From the NCBI RefSeq assembly GCF_036321535.1, contig NC_087436.1:121026001-121090000 (forward strand): DNA of 64,000 bases, written 5' to 3'. Of the stretch, positions 25,056-36,979 are shown in pieces. The number at the start of each line of letters is the position of its first letter. Positions within the stretch are counted from its first letter, which is position 1. The position numbers and the translations under genes are program-made. The notes beneath the pieces are model-generated. The model saw nothing but the letters and a program-made list of their open reading frames with translations, ran no database searches and was not told where the DNA came from. This DNA comes from Camelus dromedarius (taxonomy: Eukaryota).

Positions 25056-26064
25056 AGGCACTCAACCAAACCGGCAGGGGCTCATCCAGAGCATTGGGGT
25101 GACGGGTGCTGGGGCTTGGTGAGGGGTCCGGAGCCTGGGAAGGGGTATGTGGGCGTGGTTTTAAACTTGGTGCTGGGGGGCCTCCCTGAGAAGGGGCCCC
25201 TAGCTCAGACGAAGGAAGGGCCCACCATGCCTACATGCGTTTGAGGGCAGTGTCCTGGCTGCTGTGGAGAGGGGCTGGCAGGAGACTATCCTGGCTAGGA
25301 GGCAGATCGGGAACAGGACAGTGCACCCTGTGCTGACCACGCCACTGGAACAGAGGTGTCCCCTGTGGACCTCCCTGGCCCCACCATCACATGGGCCATT
25401 CCCACTGCCCCCTACCCCATCTCTTCCCCATTCCCAGCTTCCTGGCCTCTGTCTCGGTTATGATTTTAAGATTCTGGGCCTGGAGTTTGTTTTGTTTCTG
25501 CCCAGGGTAAACACGTCTGTTTAAATTGATGGAGGAACATTTGCAGAGCAGAGTTTTATAGCTTGTTCTTTGAAATGATCACTCTATTTAAATAAAAAAT
25601 GAGCTCAGCTATTTAGACGCAGAGTATTTTTCCAAGCACAAGCTACTGCTGGCCCCGGGCCTTTGTTCATGCTGCCCCCTCCCCCACCTGGACTCCCCCA
25701 CCCACCAGGGCCTCTGCCCTCCTGGACTATCCCCCACCTGGACCCCCCGGCTCCTGGACAACCCCCCACCCCAGCCTGGATAACTCATACTCACCTTTAA
25801 GTGGCCTCCTCACAGGCACCCTGATGGGGCCGTGGGGAGTCTTCAGGAAAAATTTAGGGGTTGGCACCCAGGATCCCGGGACCCTGAGAGCCCAGGAGCT
25901 GGGAGGAGGCAGGTTCACCATCAGTGGAGCTGTGCGCTCAGCTCCCCCTGCGCACCTACTGTGTGCTGGCTCAGGAGCAGCGGGGCCAGACAGCACTGGT
26001 CCTGTGGGGGAGAGGGGTTCTAGTCCTGTGGCAGGTGGGGTCCGACTGCTGTGGGTGGGGCCTG

Positions 26065-26133
26065 GTCCTCCCCCTCCCCTCCCTCCTCTTCCCTTCCTCC
26101 TCCCCCTCCCCCATCTCCCTCCTCCCCCCTCCA
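26065..26133. repeat. Polypyrimidine (C/T) low-complexity tract
   Basis: About 65 nt of nearly pure C/T (CCTCCCCCTCCCCTCCCTCC...); G-runs on the minus strand. Confidence 0.8.
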
Positions 26134-28447
26134 GTGACAAGTTCCAGTGACAGGTTCCAGTGACGTATCGCTTTTCAGGTGAATGTGGGCTCCTAAGAAG
26201 ACGCTCTTGAGAGGAGCAAGGGGTGGGAGGAGAGGCTGGAGAGGGAGGTGCGCGTCTGGAGGGAGGAGGGCTCTCTCCGAGAAGAAATGTCTCCAGGCCG
26301 CTCAAAACCCTTCACAAACCAACTCGTCAAACAGAGAGAGTGCTTTCTCTGGGCATCTTGGCAGCTGGCCTTGAAGCTGGGGACTGGGGGCCAGGCAACA
26401 CCCCTCTCTCAACAGGCAGTGAAGGTGGGTGTCCCAGCACTGGAGGACACGCGGGCTTAGAAGCTCCGGCCGCGGTCAGGTGGTTCCAAGCCAGGGAAGG
26501 CTGTCTCACTTCTGCGGGCCCGAGGCCTCCACCTGCAACTCAGAAAATTGAGCAGTCTCTTCTCTCTCCAGGCCCTGGCCTGATGAAGGGTGACTTCACC
26601 AGCACAGGTCAAAGTCAGGCCTTAAACCAAGTCTGTGTGGCTCCAGGACCGACATCTCTCCCCACACAGTGGACCCTCCTCCCTTCGAGGTCACCCCCTG
26701 CCTCAGGGCTTCGGCTCGCCCCAGACCATCCCAGGCCCCGACGTGGACCCCCTGGGGCTGCAGCTCCAGGGACAAGCCAGCCTGGGTGGACAGAACAGGG
26801 GATCAGCACCTGGCTGAGGACCCAGGTCCCGCTCCTCAGGCCTCTCTTGGGGCTCCCAGGCTCTCTCCCCACATCTTAAGGCAGCCTCCTGGCTCTGGGG
26901 GGAATCGGGGCCTTCGCAGGAGGCCAGGAACGTCCACCAGAGGACAGGCTGCTTCCCCGAGCGTCCAGGAGGGCGGGACAAAGCCATCCACACTGGGAGG
27001 TTTGGCCCACATCCGGGCTCAGGGTGTTCCAAGGGCAATGCCCCAGGCCAGAGAGGGGCCCTGGGTCAAGTCTGGCCCAGCAGGAGTGAAGGCCTGTGGC
27101 TGGACCCGCCCCCCACTCTGTCTCCCTGAAGGGCTCTGCGTCCTCTCTGACATGGTGAGTCTCTCCCTGTCCACCAAGGTCCAGCCCAGGCTCCAGGCTC
27201 ACAGCGCTGGGGTCTATGGGGGCTTCTCCATCCTTCCGACGCCTGAGATGCCCACCCCTCACCCCAGCCTCCTCCCACAACCGGGATGGGCCCAGGGCAG
27301 CACGGGGCCCACTCCACCCTCAGCACACCCCAGGTCCAGCCCCCCAGTCCGTCATAGCCTGAAGCCCTCAGTGGCTTCTGTGTCATGTGAGAAAGGATGA
27401 AGGAGTCCTCTGTGTCCTCAGACCGCCGGACACGCTCCAGCCCCAGAACTGTCACACTGGCTGCTCCTTCTGCCTGGGATGCTCGCCCACCAGCCGCGTC
27501 TCCCTCCCAGACTCCACGCGTCTCCCCACAGGTCGGTCTGGTTTACCTTTGAACGGCCCACTCGGGCTCCAGGACGGAAGTAGCTCTCAGGGAGGCGAGG
27601 GCAGAGAAAAAAGGACAATGACGGCAGAGCTGCCGGCCAGGCGAGGGACGAAGGGGGCTTGGACCAGGCAGTGGAGATGCCCCCAGGGTCACTGCAGGGT
27701 CTGTGAGTTGCAGGGTGTGAGGCGGGAGGAGCAGGGGCTGCTGTGATCTCGGTGGCGTGTGCCCGGGGAGCAGAGTTCCAGCGACCGGCGTGGGGAAGAT
27801 GGGGAGGCGTATTTGGAGAGTTGGGGGGTGGGAGCTGGATTTTAGGCGCCTCAGGGGTGAGATACCACCAAGTCCTCCAGGTGGGGACCAGGCCAGGTTT
27901 CAGCTGGAGGCTTACACTTGGGGGTCGTCAGTTTTCCAGGGGGTCCCGTCCACTGTCGGTGTAGTGTCCTGGAGCCACAAGGCGCTGATGCAACAACCGA
28001 GGAGCAGGCCTGGAGCGTCAGACCAGGGAGGCGGGTGGGAGAGGGAAGGCCACGGCCAGAATCCACGGCTGCAAGTGGACAGCGAGGGACAGCTGAGGCG
28101 TGGCCTCCCCAGCACTTTTCTTCCCCCGGGAACACCCGTGCGCGCACACATGCACACGCGCGACCGTGTGCGCCACCCCACCCCGGTCCTCACGCGGACT
28201 GACGGCAGGAGAGCCAGCACACCCCTCCTCCCCTTCATCGATCCTGGGGCACAGGAAGGAGAAGCCCACCCCCCACCCCCGCGGCCGAGGCTCCGGGCGG
28301 CTTGGCAGTTCCAGGAAGCACATTGTACCCTTCAAGGCAGCCAACGAGGATCGCCAGCTGCCCACAGTGACAAGCCCTGGAGAGACAGCAAGGATGAGTC
28401 CCCACCAGTCCCGGGACCCCACATCCTCCTGGAGTTCCCAGCTCCTC

Positions 28448-28658
28448 CACGGTTCTCAGCCGCAGGCGATTTTGACCCCCGGGGACATTTGTTGGTGTCT
28501 GAAGACATGTCTGGGGGTCATAGGTGGCAGAGGGGCACTGCGGGCGTCTGCACCAAGCAGGTCAAGGCCAGGGATCCTGCTAAACACCCCGCAGTGCTCA
28601 GCACCCACCGCAGGATGGAATTAGCACACAGTGTCCGTGGGGGCCATGAGAAACCCTG
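28448..28658 (+). mobile_element. MER20 (hAT-Charlie), near full length
   Basis: CACGGTTCTCAGCCGCAGGCGATTTTGACCCCCGGGGACATTTG...AGGCCAGGGATCCTGCTAAACACCC...TGAGAAACCCTG; both terminal inverted repeats recognisable. Confidence 0.88.
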
Positions 28659-30496
28659 CTTTCGAGAAAGCTGGCTGCACTGAGGGAGGAGGGGGCCTGG
28701 GCAGGGACTGGGGGTGAGTCCCAAGCCCAGCATCCCCCCACAACCGCCCATCCCCTGCAGTCAGAAGCTTCACGCCCTCGTGTAGCCCAGGGGCCAGCGA
28801 ACGCCGTTGCCTGAGTCTCCTGCTTCTGATAAACTATAGGAAGACAGTGTGGGGGCAGGGCGGACCATCCGGAACCAAGGCCTCCACCGGAAACAGGACA
28901 GGTCAGCGCCTCTGCGGGGTGTAAGCGACAGGGCTCAGACAGCCTGGGGACCGAACTGGCCTGGGTGTGTACCCCGCACCCAGGTCGCCCACTTTAGGCA
29001 GAAGCCTTCTGGAAATAGACCTCTCCCCACCCGAGGGGGGCCTAGGCTTTGGAAAGGATGTGGACGGCCATGTCAGGGGCTGGGGGCTGAGCAGGTGGGG
29101 CCCAGGGCAGAAGAGGGAGTGGGTGGCCGCTGTGGGTCTGCCCACTGTCTCCCCGTGGCCCAGGCGCCAGCTGTGGTCAGACGCCTTCTTTTCCCCCAGA
29201 TGCAGCATCTGACTTCGGGCCAGTGAGGAGCACGCTTTTCCCTCTGAGGCCCCACGACTCCCCTCTGCACAGCCCTGGCGGGTCCGGCACCACCTCTCAG
29301 CCTCCTTCCAAGCTCCACCACTGACGTCACAGGGCTGCCCCCGGGTGCACCCAAAGACTTGGAATTACAGAGAGGACACGCTCCCCAATACTGCGAGACG
29401 GCTCTGGCAGCCCCAGCTTCTCCACATTCAGAGCTAGGAGCTACCCTCTCCCAGACCTCGCTGTTTGGGGCGCTCCCTCTGGAGGAACCTCACGGGGGCC
29501 AGTGGAGCCAGGAAAGGGCGGTGCCAGCCCAGCTTCTGTGGCATCACCCGGCCCCCATGAACCCTCAGAAGGCAAGGTCAGGCCTCTTCCCCAAAATCAC
29601 AAAACCCCTGAGAGAGGGCGGCGTGTGAGGCATCAGAGCCCCAGGCTCGGGAGAGAGAGAAGAGCCAGCCCAGAGAGTGACAAGGACAGGGGGCAGCCTG
29701 ACGCCACCTGAGCAGCAGGAGGAGATGACTGTGCCCAGGAGCCTTCCGAGTGCCCGGCTCCTATGCACTGGGTCAGATCCCCAAGGCTGGCAGGCCCAGG
29801 AGGTGCCGAGGACGGAAGGCAGAGGCAGGCGAGGGCTCTGCTCAGAACCCCTGTGAGCCTATGAGCCACGGGCACATGGCTGTGCCCAGGACATGGGCTG
29901 AGGCAGCTGCCTCTCCCCAGATCCACTCTCACAGGAGAAACGCCAGAGGAATCACCACTCAGCCTTGCCCTGAGTTCCTGGTTTCCAAAAAACATCTGAG
30001 CCTCAGAAATGGTCTATAGAAGCCTCAGGGTGGCACCCTCCCAGCTGGTTCCACACTGGAAGTTTGTCCATTTAGCTCCGTCCTTCTGTCCTTGGGCCAT
30101 CCTGGGGGATCTGACCAGGACACACGTCCCAGAGGAGAAATCAGCCAGTCATGGGCAGTGACCTGCACTAAGCGTGCGGTGGTCACTCGCTCTCCTGTTC
30201 TGGACAAGGGGCTCGCCCCACCTCCCGCTGGGACAGAAGAGGAAACCGGACCACCCGTACAGGGAGCCGTCATCCTTGAGGGAGAGCGAGCAGCGTTCAA
30301 AAAGAACGTAAGCCCTGAGCCTGTAGCAAACACCAGCAGAGCTCGCAGAAGAGCGAGGGATCGAGGGCTCGGGGGGACCCTTTTCCTCAAGTAGATTCAT
30401 TCCATGAAACAGGAAAAAGGATTGTTTTAAGATTCACTGTGTTGTCAATAAGGTACAAAGGATGTAGCCTCTGTAAATCAAAAGCAGCCTTATGTC

Positions 30497-30935
30497 TCAA
30501 TAACTAAAATGTGGAAGCAACCCAACTGCCTGTCAAATAGAAGGATGGATAAACAAAATGTGGTCCATCTCTGCAATGGAATACGACTCCGCCTTAAAAA
30601 GGAAGGACATTCTGACACCTGCTACAACCTGGGTGAACCTTGAGGGCACGATGCCAAGTGAAATGAGCAGATACCAAAGGATGAAGGCTGTGTGATTCCA
30701 CTTGCATGAGGTTCCTGAGGTAGTTAAATCCATAGAGACAGAAAGCAGAATGGTGGGTTCGAGAGGTTGGTGGGAGGAGAGGATGGGGAGTCAGTTTTAG
30801 TGGAGACAGAGTTTCATTGTTACAAAATGAAGAGAATTCTGGAGCTGGTGGTGATGGTTGAACTGTACACTTAAAATGGTTAAGATTACAATTTTTAGGT
30901 TTTATGTATTTTACCACAATAAAAAAAATTGGGGA
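30497..30935 (+). mobile_element. Old L1 3' end (L1MB-like)
   Basis: GTGGAAGCAACCCAA...GGATAAACAAAATGTGG...CCTTAAAAAGGAAGGACATTCTGACACCTGCTACAAC...TGAACTGTACACTTAAAATGGTTAAG...TTTTACCACAATAAAAAAA. Confidence 0.88.
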
Positions 30936-30962
30936 AAAAATCAAGCTTAAGGAGACTAGGGT

Positions 30963-33600
30963 CAAATAAGCCAAATAAGAAAGGAAAATGGAAAAATTAC
31001 AACAAATAACATAGAAATACAGAATATCATATGAGAATATTATGAAAAACTATATGGAACCAAAGTGGATAACCTAGAGGAGATGGACAAGTTTCTGGAA
31101 ACATGCAGTCCACCAGGACTGAACCAAGAAGAAACTGACCACTTGAACAAACCAATCACTAGAAATGAAATCGAATTAGCAATAAAAAACCTCCCTACAA
31201 ATAAAAGTACAGGACCGGACGGCTTCACTGGGGAATTCTACAAAACATACAAAGAAGAACTCATACCAGTCCTTCTCAAACTCTCCCAGAAGACTGAAAA
31301 GGAGGGAATACTCCCAAAGTCATTCTATAAGCCACCATGACCCTGATAGCAAAACCAGGCAAAGACACCATCAAAAAAGAGAATTACAGACCAATATCAC
31401 TGATGAACATAGACGCAAAAATCCTCAACAAAATATTAGCAAATAGAATCCAACAGCACATAAAAAAGATTATGCATCATGACCAAGTGGGGTTCATCCC
31501 AGGGACACAAGGGTGGTTCAACATACGCAAATCAATCAATGTAATACATCACATCAACAAGAGAAAGGACAAAAACCACATGATCATCTCAATCGATGCA
31601 GAAAAAGCATTTGACAAAATTCAACACCAATTTATAATAAAAACTCTCACCAAAGTGGGTAAAGTGGGAACATATCTCAACATAATTAAAGCTATAGATG
31701 ACAAACCTACAGCCAGCATAGTACTCAACGGTGAAACACTCAAAAGCTTCCCACTAAAATCTGGGACAAGACAAGGCTTCCCACTATCACCACTCCTATT
31801 CAACATAGTCCTGGAAGTCCTAGCCACAGCAATCAGACAAGAGAGAGAAATAAAAGGGATCCAAATTGGAAAAGAAGAGGTAAAAGTGTCACTATATGCC
31901 GACGACATGTTACTATATGTAGAAAACCCTAAAAGATCCACACAAAACCTACTAGAGCTGAACGAAGAATTCAGCAAGGTAGCAGGTTACAAGATTAACG
32001 TTCAAAAATCAGTTGCATTTCTTTACACTAACGATGAATCAACAGAAAAAGAAAGTAAAGAAACAATCCCCTTTAAAATAGCACCCAAAGTAATAAAATA
32101 CCTAGGAGTCAATCTAACCAAGGAGGTGAAAGAATTACACACAGAAAACTATAAACCATTGATGAAGGAAAGTAAAGAAGACTTTAAAAAATGGAAAGAT
32201 ATCCCATGCTCCTGGATTGGAAGAATCAATATTGTTAAAATGGTCACACTGCCCAAGGCAATCTGCAGATTTAATGCAATCCCTATCAAATTACCCAGGA
32301 CATATTTCACAGAACTAGAACAAATCATAATAAAATTTATATGGAACCACAAAAGACCTAGAATTGCCAAAGCATTACTGAAGAGAAAGAAAGAGGCTGG
32401 AGGAATAACTCTCCCAGACTTCAGACAATACTATAGAGCTACAGTCATCAAGACAGCGTGGTATTGGTGCAAAACAGACATATAGACCAATGGAACAGAA
32501 TAGAGAGCCCAGAAATGAACCCACAAACTTTTGGTCAACTAATCTTCGACAAAGGAGGCAAGAATATACAATGGAATAAAGACAGTCTCTTCAGCAAATG
32601 GTGTTGGGAAAACTGGACAGCAGCATGCAAATCAGTGAAGCTAGAACACTCCCTTACATGATACACAAAAATAAACTCAAAATAGATCAAAGACTTAAAC
32701 ATAAGACAAGATACAATAAACCTCCTAGAAGAAAATATAGGCAAAACATTATCTGACATACATCTCAAAAATGTTCTCCTAGGACAGTCTACCCAAGCAA
32801 TAGAAATAAAAGAAAAAAATAAACAAATGGGACCTAATGAAACTTACAGGTTTCTGCACCGCAAAGGAAACCATAAGTAAAACAAAACAACGACCTACGG
32901 AATGGGAGAAAATTTTTGCAAATGAAACTGACAAGTCTTGATCTCCAGAATATATAAGCAGCTCATATGACTTAATAAGAAACAACCAAACAACCCAATC
33001 CAAAAATGGGCAAAAGACCTAAACAAGCAATTCTCCAAGGAAGACATACAAATGATCAATAGGCACATGAAAAAATGCTCAATATCACTAATTATCAGAG
33101 AAATGCAAATCAAAACTACAATGAGGTATCACCTCACACCAGTCAGAATGGCCATCATTCAAAAGTCCACAAATGGCAAATGCTGGAGAGGCTGTGGAGA
33201 AAAGGGAACCCTCCTACAGTGCTGGTGGGAATGCAGTTTGGTGCAACCACTGTGGAAAACAGTATGGAGATTCCTCAAAAGACTAGGAATAGACTTACCA
33301 TATGACCCAGGATTCCCACTCCTGGGCATATATCCAGAAGGAACCCTATTTCACCCAATGTTCATAGCAGCACTATTTACAACAGCCAAGACATGGAGAC
33401 AGCCTAAATGTCCATCAACAGATGACTGGATAAAGAAGAGGTGGTGTATTTATACAATGGAATACCATTCAGCAATAAAAACTGACAACATAATGCCATT
33501 TGCAGCAACATGGATGTCCCTGGAGAATGTCAGTCTAAGTGAAGTAAGCCAGAAAGAGAAAGAAAAATACCATATGAGATCACTCATATGCGAAATCTAA
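30963..33600 (+). pseudogene. Disrupted L1 ORF2 (reverse transcriptase and C-terminal domain; endonuclease absent)
   Basis: ORF pieces 31065-31340, 31337-32485 ([53 protein letters not shown]), 32458-32661 and 33052-33600 ([18 protein letters not shown]) are separated by frameshifts and stops, so it is non-functional. Confidence 0.95.
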
Positions 33601-33915
33601 AAAAAAAAAAAAAAAAAAAAAACATAAATACAAAACAGATACAGACTCTTAGACATAGAATACAAACTTGTGGTTGCCAACGGGGCGGAGGGTGGGAAGG
33701 GACAGACTGGGATTTCAAAATGTAGAATAGATAAACAAGATTACACTGTGTAGCACAAGGAAATGTATACAAGATCTTGTGGTGGCTCACAGCGAAAATA
33801 AAATGTGACAATAAATATATATATGTTCATGTATAACTGAAAAGTTGTGCTCTACACTGGAATTTGACACAACGTTGTAGAATGGCTATAACTCAATTAA
33901 AAAAAGTTTAAAAAA
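30963..33915 (+). mobile_element. Relatively young, lineage-specific LINE-1, 5'-truncated (~2.95 kb), with TSD
   Basis: Continuous ORF2 homology from QISQIRKENGKITT to the C-terminus (stop about 33600), 3' UTR and A tail; 14-bp TSD AAGGAGACTAGGGT (30949-30962) / AAGGAGACAAGGGT (33916-33929) at a TT/AAGG endonuclease-type site. Confidence 0.97.
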
Positions 33916-34399
33916 AAGGAGACAAGGGTGCTTAGAGGCACATATGGAAGGTTCTAGAAGACAGTGTGTACCAAGTGCCCACAAGCAGGCACAGTGCAGC
34001 ACTCACACTCGGGGACTCAGTCCTTCCCAGCAGAGTGCCCGGCACGCCCAGGCACTGCCAGGAAACCCAGTGCCTTGAGACCCACGCTTGGCCCAGCCTC
34101 GGCTGCCAGCACCTGGGGACCCCAGGGGTCTGCACGGAGGTTGCCGCTGCCTGTGTGCACCGCCAGAAGCGCCACGTGAAAGTATTTAGTCCACACTCTG
34201 ACCTCAAGGGGCGTGGACAAGTGTCCCCATTTCACGGAAATCAAGGTTCATGTTAAGTCACTTTCCCACGGTCACAGGAAAGGCTGAGACGGGAAACCAG
34301 GTAACCCAGCTCCAGTCTGCACTGTCACCACTAGACGATAAATTAATAACTAACATCCCTGCCGTGTCCACTCTTACAAAGCTGCAGGGCGGGAAGTGC

Positions 34400-35560
34400 T
34401 CTCCTCCACGTTGAAGAGGGTGACAACGAGGCTGACAGGCTGCGCCCCAGCCGGTGCGGGCCCGCGCGCTCGCACCTCGGAAACAGACAACAGAGGGGCA
34501 CTTGTGCCAGACCGCCTCACCCGTCGGGGGGAGCGGGTCACCAGGGCGCTCTTCAAGACAACCCCGAGTGATGAGGACAGGTGGCTTCGGTATGAGGGCG
34601 GACAGACTGACAGATGGGACACGAGAGGTTCCAGAAAGCTACCCGCATCTGTGGAGCCCCCTGATTCGTGACAAAGGAGCAGTGCGGTGTGGGGACGGAC
34701 GGAGGGGACCATCTCAGCAAACAGCGCCGAGTGGACTACACTTCTAAACTGGGAAGCAGGAGCTGAAACCTCCCCTCGCGCCGCACGCGGGAGCCAGTTC
34801 CAGACGGACTGAGCCCCACAGGCCGGACGCTGGGCGGCAGCGCCAGTGGGGGGACCTGCGTGGACGCCCGCACGGCCTTAGCGTGAGCCGAACGCCCCGG
34901 AGACAGAAGGCACCCGAGCCACGGGGCGTTTGACAAGCTGAACTGCGTTAAAGACCCACCTTCTTGTTGTCAAAAGACACCTTTAGGAGCACTTCGATTC
35001 ACACACCCAACAAAGGACTCTCAGCCCAAGCTGATAGCGGCCTCAGTAAGGAGAGGCTGACAACGCCCCAGAACGACGGGCAGAAAACGCGGCAGGCCCG
35101 TCGCAGAAGAGGAGGTACAGGTGGCCGGTAGCGGGTAAAAAGGCGCTCACCATCCTGAGCCATCAGCAAAACGCACGCTAGGCCGTCATGTGACGCACTT
35201 CCACACCCACCAGCACAACTAAGATGAAAAGACAGAACACAGCGAGAGCTGGCAAGACTGGACCAACATGGCTCTCACACAAGTGCTGGGGGCGGAGGGA
35301 GGGCCGTGGTCACTGCGGGAACCTATCTGGTGGAACAAATGTGCCCCCGCCCCATCCAGCGGCTCCCACCCACGACGTACACTTGGGGGAAATGCACGCG
35401 TGCGCTCCCCAGACTGTGCTGGCGCATTCCCAGTGTTGCCCACAGAGATCGCCCCCGGCTGGGAGCTGCCCGATGCCCAGGGTGGGCACGCCAGCCCCGG
35501 TTAGGAGGATGACACACAGCACCGCCCGGACTCCCGGGGCAGGGCAGGGGGCCCTGCGTT
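34400..35560 (+). mobile_element. Ancient L1 ORF2 C-terminal fragment, heavily GC-shifted
   Basis: L1 landmarks occur in the expected order: GACAGACTGACAGATGGGACA..., CTGATTCGTGACAAAGGAGC, TTGACAAGCTGAACTGCGTTAAA, AAAAGGCGCTCACCATCCTGAGCCATCAGCAAAACGCA, CACACCCACCAG. Confidence 0.7.
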
Positions 35561-35692
35561 CCGCTGAGGGCAGGACCCCCATCCCGCCACACTGGGTGCC
35601 GGGTACACCTTTCTCACGACCCGGGCACTGCACTAGCTACACAGTGTATCCAGCTAATACAAATCCACTTGCGACGTGAAGTCTGTGGAGAT

Positions 35693-36112
35693 GTGTGTAT
35701 TCACTTCCTGGGGCTCCCGCAACAAAGCATCGCAGACTGGGCGGCTTAAACTGCAGGAAGTGATTGTTCTGGAGACCGGAAGTCCGAGGCCAAGGTGTCA
35801 GCAGGGCTGCATCCTTCTGAGCACTCTCCCCAGCTTCCGGTGGTTGCCTGCATCTTATGTGTTCCTTGACTGGCAGACACAGCACTCTGATCCCTGCCTC
35901 CGTCTTCATGTGGTGTCTCCCAGTGTGTGTCTGTGTGCAAATGTTGCCTTTTCACAAGGACACCAGTCAGACTGGGTAAGAGCCTGCCCAGTGGCCGCAT
36001 CTGAACTAATGGCATCTGCAACAACTTGTCTCCAAGTAAGGTCGCATTCTGGGGTCCTGGGGGTTAAGACTTCAGTGTGTGACTTTGGGAGACACATAAT
36101 TCAATCCGTAGA
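35693..36112 (-). mobile_element. MaLR solo LTR (MLT1B-like)
   Basis: AGACTGGGCGGCTTAAAC...GAAGTCCGAGGCCAAGGTGTCAGCAGGG...ACAAGGACACCAGTC...TAAGGTCGCATTCTGGGGTCCTGGGGGTTAAGACTTCA...ATAATTCAATCCGTA. Confidence 0.85.
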
Positions 36113-36979
36113 ATGCATGCATATCTATAAAGTGCATTATACTACAATAAAAGAGTTTTTTGAGTTAACCATAAAAGCAGCTGAGGTACATTAAAGAGTT
36201 ACAATGAACTGGGCACTGCTCCGTGCCCAGCATTACCTCACCCTCACAGCAGTCGCTCCAGATCTGGGAAAAGAGGCCGAGATTTGGGGTGCAGTGGAGA
36301 GAAAGGGGAGGGGGCCCGTCCGAAGCAGGCTGTCCTCCATCCTGGGCATCTGCCTTCTGGAGGACGTACCAGGCTCCTGTGTGGTGTCCACAGCCAGGCT
36401 GCACCTGGAGGCGTGACCCACACGGAAGACCAACTCAGCCAGGCCTGGGCTCAGGTGCCCGTGGCCCGGCCCTCTCTGCTCCTTTCCCCCAGGGAGCATC
36501 TCTCTGAGCAGCTCCCAAAATCCCCTGGGAAAAGAGGAAGACTCGTAACTGCTTTGTCTGTAGACGGTGTGGCGCTGAGCTGGACCAGACGCACCGCAGG
36601 CTGGGAGGCTGGGTGATGCTGACCTGCGCAAGACCGCTCTTCGTGCTTTCCCGAGCATCACGCTCTCAAGGCTCAGACTTGCTTTTCTTTCCTTGTAGCT
36701 CAAGGCCACAACGTCCGGAACAGAATTCTAGATCATCTCCTCTCCAGACCTGAGGAGGCACAGCATAACGGCCGTGATAACATCTTCAAGGGCAGGAGAG
36801 AAAGGCAGGCTTGAAGCTGGAGAAAAGCAAAATGGTGGTGAGAGGAAGAGTCTGGGAAGCAACTTCAGAGGCCAGTGAAAGGGGGCACCTGGAAGCGGGA
36901 CGTCAAGGGCAGCCAGTCTCACGCCGCCTGGCCCCAAGTAGCAGGAGCTCCTGACGGAGGCGGGAAGGGAGGGGCAGCA

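Noticed and set aside
31337..32485. Stand-alone reverse transcriptase gene or novel retro-system
   Set aside because: It is a frameshift-delimited piece of an ordinary 5'-truncated L1 ORF2.
36233..36709. 158-aa minus-strand ORF (ALSYKERKASLSLES...)
   Set aside because: Non-ATG start, weak acceptor and no recognisable homology.
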